Shown: piece after piece, positions 49,500 to 62,792 of the stretch
How positions within the stretch are numbered: position 1 is the stretch's first letter
How the letters are laid out: every line of letters starts with the position of its first letter
Source: Octopus bimaculoides
Taxonomy: Eukaryota
Assembly: GCF_001194135.2 (NCBI RefSeq)
Contig: NC_069000.1
Location: forward strand, 28,879,403-28,943,402
Direction: 5' to 3'
Length of the DNA: 64,000 nucleotides
Made by a program: the position numbers and the translations under genes
Notes under the pieces: model-generated
Seen by the model: only the letters and a program-made list of their open reading frames with translations
Databases searched by the model: none
What the model was told of the DNA's origin: nothing

Positions 49500-49900
49500 C
49501 GCATGGCTGTGTTGTTGTAAGAAGTTTGGTTCCCAACCACATGGTTCCAGATTTAGTTCCACTGCAGGGCACTTTGAGCAAGTGTCTTCTACTATAGCTT
49601 GGGCCAACTTGTGAGTGGATTTGGTAGATGGAAACTGAAAGAAGCTTGTCATGTGTGTGTGTGTCTGTGTATATGTGTGTCTTTGTGTCTATGTTTGTCC
49701 CCCCATACTACTTGACAACTGGTGTCCGTGAGTTTACATTCCGGTAATGTAGTGGTTCAGCAAAAGGAACTGATAGCAGTAGTAGTAGTAGGCTGAAAAA
49801 AAAGAGCTCTGGGGTAAATTTGTTCAACTAAAATCCTTCAGGGTGGTGCTCCAGCATGGCTGCAGTCAACAGACTGAAACAAGTAAAAGAAAGAATAAAA
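49500..49900 (+). mobile_element. SINE family A, near complete
   Basis: Head, TG spacer, 3' half ending aaaagaaagaataaaagaata. Confidence 0.8.
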
Positions 49901-50987
49901 GAATATATGTATGTATGTGTGTGTGTGTATACACACACATATATATATACATACATATACATATATATATACATACATATACATATANNNNNNNNNNNNN
50001 NNNNNNNNNNNNNNNNNNNNNNNNNNNNNNNNNNNNNNNNNNNNNNNNNNNNNNNNNNNNNNNNNNNNNNNNNNNNNNNNNNNNNNNNNNNNNNNNNNNN
50101 NNNNNNNNNNNNNNNNNNNNNNNNNNNNNNNNNNNNNNNNNNNNNNNNNNNNNNNNNNNNNNNNNNNNNNNNNNNNNNNNNNNNNNNNNNNNNNNNNNNN
50201 NNNNNNNNNNNNNNNNNNNNNNNNNNNNNNNNNNNNNNNNNNNNNNNNNNNNNNNNNNNNNNNNNNNNNNNNNNNNNNNNNNNNNNNNNNNNNNNNNNNN
50301 NNNNNNNNNNNNNNNNNNNNNNNNNNNNNNNNNNNNNNNNNNNNNNNNNNNNNNNNNNNNNNNNNNNNNNNNNNNNNNNNNNNNNNNNNNNNNNNNNNNN
50401 NNNNNNNNNNNNNNNNNNNNNNNNNNNNNNNNNNNNNNNNNNNNNNNNNNNNNNNNNNNNNNNNNNNNNNNNNNNNNNNNNNNNNNNNNNNNNNNNNNNN
50501 NNNNNNNNNNNNNNNNNNNNNNNNNNNNNNNNNNNNNNNNNNNNNNNNNNNNNNNNNNNNNNNNNNNNNNNNNNNNNNNNNNNNNNNNNNNNNNNNNNNN
50601 NNNNNNNNNNNNNNNNNNNNNNNNNNNNNNNNNNNNNNNNNNNNNNNNNNNNNNNNNNNNNNNNNNNNNNNNNNNNNNNNNNNNNNNNNNNNNNNNNNNN
50701 NNNNNNNNNNNNNNNNNNNNNNNNNNNNNNNNNNNNNNNNNNNNNNNNNNNNNNNNNNNNNNNNNNNNNNNNNNNNNNNNNNNNNNNNNNNNNNNNNNNN
50801 NNNNNNNNNNNNNNNNNNNNNNNNNNNNNNNNNNNNNNNNNNNNNNNNNNNNNNNNNNNNNNNNNNNNNNNNNNNNNNNNNNNNNNNNNNNNNNNNNNNN
50901 NNNNNNNNNNNNNNNNNNNNNNNNNNNNNNNNNNNNNNNNNNNNNNNNNNNNNNNNNNNNNNNNNNNNNNNNNNNNNTATATACATA

Positions 50988-51915
50988 TCATCATCATCAT
51001 TTAATGTCCATTGTCCATGCTGGCATGGATTCAATGGTTTCACCAGGGCTGGCAAGCTGAGGGGCTGCACCAGACTCGTCTGATTTGTCATGGTTTCTAT
51101 GGCTGGATGCCCTTCCTAGTGCTAACCTCTCCAAGAGTGTAATGAGTGCTTTTACGTACCACCGGCACAGGTGCCAGTTACATGGCACCAGCATCAGCCA
51201 CATTGCCTCCATGAGGCCCAATGCTTGAATAGAGCTTTGTATGTGCCACTGGCATGGGGCCAATTATGTGATACTGGCATTGGCCACATTGCCTCTGTGA
51301 AGCCCAACACTCGAATGGTGCTTTTTATCTGCCATCAGCATGAGTGCCAGTTGCGTGATGCCAGCATTGGCCATGACTGCAATTTCACTTGTACAGCATA
51401 TTGCCAAAGCTCTCAGTCACTTGTCATTGCTTCCATGAGGCCCAACATTCAAAGATCATGCTCCACCACCTCATCCCAAGTCTTCCTGGGCCTACCTCTA
51501 CCACAGGTTCCTCCACAGTCAGAGATCGGCACTTCTTTACACAGCTGTCCTCATCCATATGCATCACATGACCATATCAGCACAGTTGTCTCCCTTGCAC
51601 ACTACCCCAATGCCCCTTATGCATAACTTTTGTCTCAAGATGCTTACACTCTGTCATACAAGAGCACACTGACATTGCACATCCAGCAAAGCATACTAGC
51701 TTCATTTCTTTCGAAACCACGCATGTCCTCAGTGGTCACGGACCATGTTTCACTGTCGTGTAGCATAGCTGTTTACACACAAGTATCATACAATCTGCCT
51801 TTCCCTTTGAGAGGCCCTTTGTTGCCAACAGTGGAAGGAGCTCTTTGAACTTTGCCCAGCCTATTCTCATTCTTACAGCTATGCTCTTGGAGCTTCTACC
51901 TCCACTACTGGTCAC
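50988..51915 (-). mobile_element. 5'-truncated RTE LINE
   Basis: [32 protein letters not shown]; 3' UTR and (ATC)n tail at ~50988. Confidence 0.88.
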
Positions 51916-51916
51916 A

Positions 51917-52007
<91 letters not shown>

Positions 52008-52117
52008 ATACATATATATGTGTGTGTGTGTGTGTATACACACATACACACACACACACACACTCTCACACAAACACATATATACATACATACACACATA
52101 CATATATATATATATAT

Positions 52118-52537
52118 TACTCTTTTACTCTTTTACTTGTTTCAGTCATTTGACTGCAGCCATGCTGGAGCACCGCCTTTAGTCGAGCAAATCGACCCCA
52201 GGACTTATTTTTTGCAAGCCTAGTACTTATTCTATTGGTCTCTTATGCCGAACCGCTAAGTTACGGGGACGTAAACACACCAACATTGGTTGTCAAGCGA
52301 TGTTGGCGGGACAAACACAGACACACAAACATATATACACACATACATGTGTATATATATATATATATATATACAACAAGCTTCTTTCAGTTTCCGTCTA
52401 CCAAATCCACTCACAAGGCTTTGGTTGGCCTGAGGCTACAGTAGAAGACACTTGCCCAAGGTGCCACGGAGTGGGACTGAAACTGGAACCATGTGGTTAG
52501 TAAGCACGCTACTTACCACACAGCCACTCCTGTGCCT
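52118..52537 (-). mobile_element. SINE family A, complete, with internal (TA/CA)n
   Basis: Reverse complement of 55538-55964; tail (TACTCTT)n. Confidence 0.9.
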
Positions 52538-52588
52538 ATATATATATATTTAATCAGCTGATATAATTATGCAAGTGGTTTCATTTAT

Positions 52589-55310
52589 TGTTGTAAAGTG
52601 AGTTCCTCCCACTGGAGTGATATGTGATTGCCGTTGTACTGTAGTTGCTATTTTACGCTAGTAACCACAATATTGGATACCATTGTATCTCTTCATACTG
52701 GAATAGTAATACACTGACTTCTGTCTTAGTGTATAGTAATACACTAATTTCTGTCAACTAAAACTGTTGACTCTCAACTCTTCGACTCTTGACTCTCTTT
52801 ATAAAAGGCTAATGGTCTATTTAATAATGGCTGTTTCCTACCGCTTTTTACCAGGAGGGGTATACAGTTTTACTATAAAACATCTCTCTTTTTAATTATT
52901 TTATTTAACAATAAATTTCTTTTATTCACCCCACCTCCTCCATTTTTTTAATATATTCAATATCTTTTCTTCTGTATGTGTAGTTTCAACTTCTTGTAAT
53001 GGTGTTGGAACCTGAAAGTGTCATATAGCCAATCCATCGGTATTTCTACTCTTGTTGGTTCCTTTTCTATGACTCTTTCTTTCAGCTGATTTCTATGTCT
53101 CCTTTCCATTCCATTTCTGCTTCTTACACCATACATCATTCTTCCTATGCATGTTACAATTTCTCCTTCTTCTCAGTAGTGCTTGCCATTTTTGTACATT
53201 CTTACATATACCTTATTACCTATTCTAAGGAATTTTGACATGCCTTTTCTAGCACATATCTTTTTCTTCACTGGTTACAGTTTATCAAATACTGACTTCA
53301 CCTTTCTGGTTAACATTAATTCTGCTGGTGAACTTCCTTCTGGCACATTTGGGTTCGGAGTTACCCTGTATACCCTTAAGAATTGTTGGATCATGACCTC
53401 ATTTGTGGCTTCCTTATTAGCTTTCTTGAAAGCTCTCTTAAAAGTGTCCATGAACCATTTGGCTCCTCTATTTGATCTAAGGTGATACAGTGCTATAGTT
53501 TTATGTTCTAACATGAACATCTCACAGAATCTTTTAAACTCACAGGATACAAACTGTATTCCATCATCTGAGACAATTATATCTGGTACACCAAATCTTA
53601 TGAACAGCTCGTGTAAGAAGTTTATTACATATATTAGAGGCTGGTTGTTCACACCTTGCAACCTCAGGCCATTTTGTGTAGCTGTCCACTACTATTAAGC
53701 AATAATATCCATTTACCAGGCCTGCAAAATTGATATGCAATCAGGACCATGGTATTTTCACTTCCAGCAAAGGTTCACATTTTGTTGTAGATAGTTTCGC
53801 TGCCAGCGTACATCCTCTGCAGCCTTTTACCAGGTTTTCAATTTCCTTGTCCATGCTTGGCCAGTATATGATGTCACTTCTTGTGTCTAATTGCATTCTG
53901 ATACCAGCGGTTTCAACATTCATGAATTTTTTGCTTGTTGTAGTCACAACTTTTCCTGCTGATAAACTATTTATATTTTCTTGTGCCATTTTCCTATTAT
54001 TCTAGTTTTGCAGGGCGATTTTGTATGCCCTGTAAAACCGCAGTGAAAACACTTTGCTTTTTTTTTACAGAAAAACATTTTACAGGTGCATCCCACCACA
54101 TGCCATACATAGGTTTACATCCCAATATTCTTTCTGTTTTTCCTGCAACACTTTTTCTTTCATTTTTTTGCACTGGTCTTATGAGAAAACACTCTTTCTG
54201 TTGAATTTCTTCTGTGCCATGCCTTAATTTTAATATCCTGTCACACTCTTCCGATTGCTAGAATTTTTGTTCGGATTTCTGCATCTCTTTTATCTGTCAA
54301 TCCTTGTGCAAAATTCACACTTGAAAGAATCTGGAGTGAGCACATCCAGCCTAAATCTCTTACATTTTTTGTTGATTCTACTTGTGTAAGTAGTGAAATC
54401 TTCATCTTCTCTCTTTTCTATGTTTAAACATTTCCATCTAGTATTAAACAGTGAGCTCTTTTCACTAAACATTTTGCACAAAATGTCAACTGTGTCAGTG
54501 AAATTTATGTCGGATGCTTTTTTTGGCAATATGAAGTTACTATACTTCTCATGCTCTGCTTTCACTAGTTTTCTTAAAACTAGACATGTTTTCATCTTGT
54601 CTGTCCAATTCTGGCATTCTTTTTCAAAGATTTGTTGAAATCTTCGAAAGTAAGGTTACATCTTCTTCGGGGTCATATTTGAATTTGCTAATGGAATTTG
54701 CTACATGGTTAAGCAAAAATGTATTCTCCGGTTTGGTTATCAACTTCATTAGTTGTAACATTTGCTGCTGCAATCCTTGCTGTTGTTCTTGTTGTTCTTG
54801 TTGTTCCTTGAGTTATTGTTGTTACTGTTTTTGCAACTCAACTACCCCAGCTAACAAGTCTTCCATATCTTAGGATTTCCGTAAGTTCACACAAGATTTT
54901 TGCTTCTTTTTTGTCGAGTTATTTAATTTTCCAAGTAAATTAGTTTAAACTCTGTGCGAATGTTTTTATCACTTTGCGTAAATTTGCTTTTCTTCGTTGC
55001 CACTGTTGTAAAGTGGATTCCTCCCACTGGTGAAGTGTGACTGCCATTGTACTGTAGTTGCTGTTTTATCTTTGTAACCACAATAGTTACTAGTCATAGG
55101 ATACCGTCATATCTCTTCATATCAGAATAGTAATACACTAACTTCTTCTATCTTACTATTGCTGATAGCTCCACAAGACACTGACTAGAACTGTCAACTG
55201 TCAACTCTTCGACTCTCGACCCTCTCTTGATGACTGGCTACTGGTCTATTTATAATGGCTACCTCCTGCTACTTTTTACCAGGAGGGGTATACAATTTCA
55301 CAATACAACA
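52589..55310 (-). mobile_element. Gypsy LTR element with both LTRs; RT/RNase H deleted
   Basis: TG..CA LTRs at 52589-52882 and 55004-55310; PBS tggcaacg; PPT aaaaagagaga; 5-bp TSD tttat/cttat; gag (FKYDPEE..LFNTRWKCL), LDTRSD, YWPSMDKEIENLVKGCRGC, IIVSDDGIQF, YHLRSNRGA. Confidence 0.92.
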
Positions 55311-55537
55311 CTTATAAATATTGGTATGAATTGCAAATTTCTTGAATCTTTGATCAATAAATTATTAGGGAGGAGTCACGGGATAATCTATAATTTTCAA
55401 AATCTACCAATTATGCAAAGAACGGTAAAGAGAAAATTAGAACAGAATAAAAAATAAACACACAGGTAAGAAAGACATACATATATGTAATATAAAAACA
55501 CAGATATACATATAAATAAAAAATATACATGTGTGAA

Positions 55538-55701
55538 GGCACAGGAGTGGCTGTGTGGTAAGTAGCTTGCTTACAAACCACATGGTTCTGGGTTCAGTCC
55601 CACTATGTGGCACCTTGGGCAAGTGTTTTCTACTATAGCTTGGGCTGACCAAAGCCTTGTGAATGGATTTGGTAGAAGGAAACTGAAAGAAGCCCGTCGT
55701 A

Positions 55702-55743
<42 letters not shown>

Positions 55744-55964
55744 CACGCGTGTGTGTGTGTATATGTTTGTCCCCCCCAACATCGCTTGACAACCGATGGT
55801 GGTGTGTTTACATCCCCGTAACTTAGCGGTTTGGCATAAGAGACCGATAGAATAAGTACTAAGCTTACAAAGAATAAGTCCTGCGGTCGATTTGCTTGAC
55901 TAAAGGCGGTGCTCCAGCATGGCTACAATCAAATGACTGAAACAAGAAAAAGAGTAAAAGAGTA
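55538..55964 (+). mobile_element. SINE family A, complete: tRNA-like head, (TA)n(TG)n core, 3' half, (AAAGAGT)n tail
   Basis: ggcacaggagtggctgtgtggtaagtagc (A-box), gggttcagtccc (B-box). Confidence 0.9.
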
Positions 55965-56044
55965 CATAGACATGTCAGTATTTATATACACTATCTATTT
56001 AACTCGCTAAATGTCTACTGTCCATACATCCAATCCATCTAGAC

Positions 56045-56301
56045 TAGTGGTTCTCAACCAATTTTTCCTGTCAGCCCCTTTGATTCCTATTTTACTCTAC
56101 TGGACCTCTGTAGCTACTTGATGTTTGAAAAAAATCCCATTCTATTTAATCAATTACATACTAAAAGGAATTGTATAACAAAAAATAGATGAAATATTTT
56201 GCATATTGTAGTAGAATACACAATTTATTGCACATAAACTTTAACAACAAAATCTTTTATAGACACCCAAGGATCATATGAACCCCGATTTAGAACTACT
56301 G
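56045..56301. mobile_element. hAT-Charlie (MER5-like) MITE
   Basis: tagtggttctcaacc...gatttagaactactg; 8-bp TSD atctagac/atctagaa fits the Charlie NTCTAGAN target. Confidence 0.8.
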
Positions 56302-56343
56302 ATCTAGAAACATGAAGGAAAGAAATAGAACTCAACGCATGCT

Positions 56344-56433
56344 TTAGAGATTATTCGTTAATTCAATTCTGAATTCTTCATTTTTTGATATCCTGGGTTT
56401 CTCCATTTCTGTCATGTTCTTCAAGGTATCATC
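56344..56433 (-). CDS. Candidate terminal coding exon of an unidentified gene
   Basis: Acceptor ctcttgatttctgttag, then DDTLKNMTEMEKPRISKNEEFRIELTNNL*; lies in non-repeat sequence; no homology recognised. Confidence 0.2.
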   Translation of the reverse strand, partial: DDTLKNMTEMEKPRISKNEEFRIELTNNL

Positions 56434-56559
56434 CTAACAGAAATCAAGAGTCCAGATAGATATAGATACGAATATAAATACATAACCAGGGTAGAAGCAG
56501 TGAATATTCTCTTTCTCCATGTTTTTGGAAAAGATATTCATCGTCATGTGGCATCAGAT

Positions 56560-57670
56560 GTCACTGTGTGGTAAGAAATTTGCTTCCCAACCACATCGTT
56601 CTGGGTTCAGTCACACTGTGTGGCACCTTGGGCGAGTCTCTTCTACTATAGCCTCAAGCCAACCAAGGCCTTGTGAATGGATTTGCTAGAAAGAAGTCTG
56701 TCATATACATATGTATGTATGTATGTTTTTTTTGTTTGTTTGTGTGTCTTTGTGTCTGTGTTCATTCCCTGCCACTGCTTGACAACAGGTGTTGATGTGT
56801 CCCTGTAACTTAGCAGCTCAACAAAAGAGCACAATAGAACAAGTACCAAACTTTCAAAAAAATAAGTACTGAGGTTGATTCATTCGACTAAAAAGTCTTC
56901 AAGGTGACACCCCAGCATGGCCGTAGTCTAATGACTGAAACAAGTGAAAGACAAAAGATAAAAGATCACTGTACGGTAGCTGGCCCCTATGATTTTCCTT
57001 TTCTGTCCCCCAAAATTATATCAGCCTTGTTGTATTTGCATTTGACAGAGATGTTGATGGAAATCAGAATATTCCTTTGTGTTCAAACTTACAAATGTAC
57101 TCAATATCAGAAATATTTTCAATGTAGGTGCAGGTGTGGCTGTGTGATAAGAAGCTTGCTTCTAACCACATAGTTCTGGGTTCAGTCTCACTGCATGGCA
57201 CCTTGGACAAGAGTCTTCTCCTATAGCCTCACGTCGACCAAAGCCTTGTGAGTAGATTTGGTAGACAGAAATGGAAATAAGCCTGTTGTAAATATATATA
57301 TATATATATATTTATATTGATAGAAAGGACAACAAAAGAAAGAAAGAGACCTCGATATTATGTAAATAGAGGAATTTATTTGTAAAAATATGTGACACTT
57401 ATTTTTACAGGTATATATATTTATATATATATTTATGTATGTATTTGTATATGTGTGTCTTTGTGTCTGTTTGTCCCCATCACCATTGCTTGACAACTGA
57501 TGTTGGTGTGTTTATATCCCCATAACTTACTGGTTCAGTAAAAGAGACTGATAGAATAAATATTAGGCTTACAAAGAATAAGTCCTGGGATTCATTTCTT
57601 TGACTAAAAACCCCTTTAAGGTGGTGCTCCAGCATGGCCGCAGTCAAATGCCTGAAACAAATAAAGGAAT
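56560..57670 (+). mobile_element. Two SINE family A copies (~56560-56950, ~57130-57670)
   Basis: Heads ctgtgtggtaagaaatttgcttccc and ggctgtgtgataagaagcttgc; 3' halves with ccagcatggccg. Confidence 0.8.
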
Positions 57671-57977
57671 AAAAGAATTTGTCCTAGTGAAGTCTTTTCT
57701 ACAGATGACATTTGATATTGTTTTAACATGTTGCCATGTTGGAAGGGACCTTAATGACATCTGGGAACAGCTGTTGACCATATTTGATATTTTCTACAGA
57801 TATGTGACAAAATCAACATTTTCACTTGCATTTTGACTTTCTTCTTACTCTTGTCTAACAGATTGTTTTGTAGCTATCTCTGAAAGATAGTAGAAGTTTA
57901 AGATTTAGAAATGAGGCTTGATATAATATTGCAATAAGTCAGAGAACAGTTGCTATGTGTATGCGTCCATGTATATT

Positions 57978-59241
57978 CTGGGCTTTGCAAAAGTCCAGTT
58001 ACACTCGGTTTTGATCTTTGAGAGGTTAATGTATGTAATAGAAAAGGTGCCATCAAATATACTTAAAGTTCGACTTTCCCAGCACATATCATTAAAACAT
58101 CTTTTCCATTGTGTGCAGGTGTATTGAGATGGAAGCAAAAAAAATCAGGAAATCTGCTCTCCTGCGCACAGGTCACAACAAGTCTGACATCACCAAGTAG
58201 CTCAATGTCTGCTGAATGACTGTCCACAGAGTCACGGACAGGCTCAAGACCAGGAAATGATTGACCTCGATCAGGCAGACCTCAAGTTGTCAGCTGTTTG
58301 ACTGTGAGAAAGACCTTTGAAAATGATCTGAAGCTCAAAATGTCTGCACTTGCAAAGAACAACACTTCAGCGGCCACAGTGTCCAGGACCATCAAGGAGG
58401 AGAGTGGCAAGAGCTTGAGGTGCATGAAAAGGCCTCTTCTCATCGACCATATACAGGAACAACGTTGGGAGCACTGTCATCGCCTTCTCAATGACTTGAA
58501 GTGTCATGGCAATCGAATTCTCATTTTTCTGATGAAAAAACTTTCCTGGTCGATCTAGTCATCAACATGCAGAATAACCATGTGGTTAGCTTTGGCCAGG
58601 ATGTCTCCAAGGTCTGCTATGTATCCACGAATAAGTACCTGGCCCTCATCATGATGCTTGACATCGTGGCTTCGAATAATGAGGAGATGTTACTGATGTG
58701 GTTCACGACCAGTTACAGGCTCACTGTGGCTGACTGCAGGGACATGTTGGCCACAAAAGTCCTGCTCTGGGTGAGAAAGATCATGAAGAAGGCAGACTGT
58801 GTCTTTCAGCAGGACGGTGCCTCAGCCCACTCAGTCAAAGCCATGCAAGAGTGGTTGGGGTCAAACACGAACTTCTAGTCAAAGGACTTTTGACTGTCAC
58901 CCAACCTCAATCCCCTCAACTACACCATGTGGGCACATGTCAAGGTATGGCCTGCAAGGTCCACTACAGCAACATCGATGAGCTGAAGTCCTCTGTCAAT
59001 TGCATGTGGGCCAGCATGAGGAAGGACTTTGTCCACAACATGTACATAGCCTTGAGGTCTCACCAGGAGCATGTGTTCGCCATCAAGGGTGGCCATATTG
59101 ATCAATATTAATATTTAAACACAAATTTATATGTTAAACAATAAAAACATGTCTAACTGCATCAAAACATGTCTAACTGCATCATTGTGTCATTTGTTGA
59201 GAGCATTGTAACGAGTGTAACAGGACTTTTGCAAAGTCCAG
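57978..59241 (+). mobile_element. Tc1/mariner (maT/DDxD-like) transposon, full length, defective
   Basis: 30-bp TIRs ctgggctttgcaaaagtccagttacactcg / cgagtgtaacaggacttttgcaaagtccag|TA; FSDEKTF, VFQQDGASAH, SPNLNPLNY..W, IKGGHI. Confidence 0.88.
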
Positions 59242-59277
59242 TATGTATGTATGAATGTATATGTGTATGCATGTGTG

Positions 59278-60000
59278 TACAAGGTGCAAGAAGTATATGA
59301 AACATATTTGGAAATTTAATAAAACAACTCTAACGCATCAAAAATTAAATGCTTTTTAATAAAAATATACGCATAAATTCTTGAAAAGCTTTCCTATAAG
59401 ATTATTCTATGAATCCAACTTCCGCTGCGATAACTCTTTCAATGCAGGCCAGAATTAGAGACATGCTTGCACTAAATAGCCCTTATTCATTTCAGACGTC
59501 ACCTGGACAATGATGGCCCTCAGTGAAATTATGAGACTATAGAGATGTTGATTAGTCTTCCTTCCAATAATACTCCAAATATAGACTTCTATGAGATTTA
59601 AATCTGGAGACTATGGAAGTCACAAGTTTAGTGTTACATAATTGTTAAGATTGCTTGACATCCATTCTTGAGCTACATGGGCTTTGTGAGATGGTAATGA
59701 GTCTTGTTGAAACACATGTAGCCTCCCACATGCATACTTCATGGGCTTAACAGCTGTCTACAGCACTTCAACATATCTAGCAGCATTAATTCTAAAATCT
59801 TGTGGAAAAATGTCAGGTGGCATAACACGAACTTCATTACTCACCACTCCTAAAATACATACATGTACTCTTACTTGAAGCCTACTGTTTGTAGTTGTTG
59901 ATCTTGATTATTTTTTCTCTTATTTGATGCTGGTCTAACAACTTCACATACTTAGAGAGGAGCACTTGTGTCATACAAGTATTTGTTACATTTGATCTGC
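59278..60000 (-). mobile_element. Second maT-like transposon relic
   Basis: RINAARYVEVL, HVFQQDSLPSHKA..QEWMSSN, P*SPDLNLIEVYIWSII. Confidence 0.7.
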
Positions 60001-60939
60001 ACATATATTTGTTTCTCCATCTTTTTCTCTTTCCAGTGCAAGTCAAGACTCAAATTTCTTGGCACCAAAAGCAGACTGTGGACATTTTGTGGCTGCGATC
60101 AGAGTATCCACGTGTGTCTGTCACCATGAAGTACCGCCACTATTGTAGTTTCCACACGTGTGATGAATTTTTTGTCACCTGTAGTGCCTCTGGCATTTGG
60201 ATGTTGGAATCTTGGTGCTGCCATACAGGTACATATATGTTTTCATCATCATAGGGTTCATGACAGGGAGGCACTACAGCTTAAAAGGAAAGAGGAAGGG
60301 AGTGAAAATGATGCTGAGTTGACAGCCACTATGTTTGGCTGGCTGGCTGGATGGATGGATAGATATGTGTGTGAGTGTGTGTATGTATGTATGTGGATAC
60401 ATCCAAAAGCTAAACATGGACACCTCTTGGGTGTCCATGTTTACTTGAGACACCCAGCAGCACCAGTGTTGAGGAAAGGATCATTTTGAACCAGATGCTT
60501 TGGGCTGGTCATATCATATTAATATCTGAGAGATCTTGCATCAGGGAGCTGTGGAGGAATCTGACAGCTACTAGTGTTAAAGAATTCAAGGACAACAGGA
60601 TTGCATACACTGAGTTGAAAGATACTAGTAAATATATTGTGGATGTGAACCCTCTCCCCAAAAAGGGCATGATAAAGTCTCCTTGTGTGTGTGTGTGAAT
60701 TATTAGGTTTGGTTCTTGATTTCTTACCAATGGAGAAAGAATCAGTTTCTAACCTAGATCTAAGGCTCCTTCATTAGCATCAATGTTGTGCATGTATGTA
60801 TATCTATGAGTATTTTGGATCAGTGCATATGCAGATTTGTGTTCTGTTTTATATATGTATACTCATACTTATAGTTGCATATCTGGACATGTGCCTATGT
60901 GCTAAATGCTAAACTTTTAAAAAGTTTTTCATATTTTCT

Positions 60940-61900
60940 TGTAATTGTTATTTAATTGGCTTTCTTTTGTCTGGTCTTGAAAACCCTAATTTCTCAAAAT
61001 TGGTGCTGAGGCAGTTTGTTACATATCCCAAAGCTCCAATAATTATGGATACAATCTGAACTTGTAATCCAAATGGAATTGCTGTAAATTTTTCAATAGC
61101 CCGGTGTAGGTGTTTTCTTGTCTATTGCTCTTTAGTTTTATGCTGACATCTGCTGGGCAACTGATTACACCTACTGTGCATGGTTTTTCTTCTCTCTCTC
61201 AAAATCACTATGTTTGATATAATTATGTTTGCATTTTATTGAAGTTTTCATTACAATATTCCACCAATACTTTTTCATACGAGTGGCTATGGCCTCTCCA
61301 TGCTATGGGTTCTTATCTCATTGGCCTCAAGATTATCCTTGCGATGGATTTCATTGTATAGTGTCTTGGCTGCAATAATATGCCTCATTGGTAGATAACA
61401 TAATAAAATTTTAGGACAACTGCATATAATGTGGATGATATCTTTGGTGTTAACTTCACAAAGTCTGCATTGGTTATCACATTTCGGTGTTTTCCTTGTG
61501 TCCTTGTTCCTTTTGTGTATCAGGAATCTGGTTGCTATTCCCTGATCCTGGATTGAAAAATATATATTTATTTGGTAAGAGTTAGTCATCCAGTTGTTAG
61601 TCTACAATAGACTGCTTTGATTATAAATGTTGTTGTCATCCTGGAGTTTTCTGTTAATATATCCATGCTAAGTCTTTTGCTGATTTGCAGACATCCTTTC
61701 ATCTGATATGTTGAAGTAGAGTCATGCAACTTCATTGAGCATTATTAGACAAAGTAATGTTGTTCAAGGAGCTGCTTTCCAAGTTTCATAACAGATGTCT
61801 CATCTATGCATTTGGTCAAGAGATGCACTTCGACTTTTGCTGGTTAAAAGATGTTGCCAAAGGGATATGATGTGACATTCAAATTCTGTTTGAATAAATA
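60940..61900 (-). mobile_element. RLE-type non-LTR (R4/Dong-like) C-terminal region
   Basis: QDQGIATR, CRLC..IIHIICSCP..MRH (CCHC knuckle), VISCPAD, YKFQIVSIIIGALGYV. Confidence 0.8.
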
Positions 61901-62709
61901 TAAAGCCTCTGCCTCATTGTTTCCATTTTAAGTAAGAATGGTCTACATCAGTTTAATGTGAAAAGTATTTGTGCTGGTCTGTATCTTCCAGATTTTCACA
62001 TCAATGACTCAGATCTCATCAAGTGTCCAATTAAGTAGCCCACACATTGCCCACACAGTACTGAGACTGCAAACACATTATGGGCCGCTGTTTTATTGTA
62101 CACGTGTGTGTATTATGCTGAAGACAACCACCACCATCATCATCATCATAGGTGTGATTATCTGCAATATAATGAGCATAGCCAGAACCCCTCCTCCTCT
62201 CCTTCCCGTAACACTTGCTTCACATATCACCAATGAAAATATCTGTCATCACAGCACTTTACCTCATTATTTAATTTATCATAACAGATGACAACTGACA
62301 ACATGCACTGCCACCACCACCACCATCACCACCACCACCACCGCCACACAAACTGTCAGAAATGGTANNNNNNNNNNNNNNNNNNNNNNNNNNNNNNNNN
62401 NNNNNNNNNNNNNNNNNNNNNNNNNNNNNNNNNNNNNNNNNNNNNNNNNNNNNNNNNNNNNNNNNNNNNNNNNNNNNNNNNNNNNNNNNNNGTCACCCCT
62501 TCTTTACGACATTGACTATCATCACCTTCAAATGGTGCTGGATTGGCAGAATTGTGAGAGCAGAGGACAAATGCCTTATAGTAATGGTTCCAATTCTTTA
62601 CATCTCAAGTTCAAATCTCAGCAAGTTCTATTTTGCTTTTCGCCATTCTGCTGTTGACCAATAAAATAACATTCAAATATGGGAGTAATTTCTTTTTGTT
62701 TCTCACTCT

Positions 62710-62715
<6 letters not shown>

Positions 62716-62790
<75 letters not shown>
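62716..62790. repeat. (CT)n(CA)n microsatellite
   Basis: Read directly. Confidence 0.95.

Positions 62791-62792
<2 letters not shown>

Noticed and set aside
55538-55610. SINE heads as tRNA genes
   Set aside because: A/B boxes are present but there is no complete cloverleaf, and they continue into SINE bodies.
60037-60229. Strong plus-strand acceptor, open frame and CAG|gt donor as a host exon
   Set aside because: Directly continues the minus-strand maT relic and may be its N-terminus; the peptide is unrecognisable.
60486-60730. Overlapping 70-aa ORFs on both strands as a gene
   Set aside because: No recognisable motif and weak splice signals.
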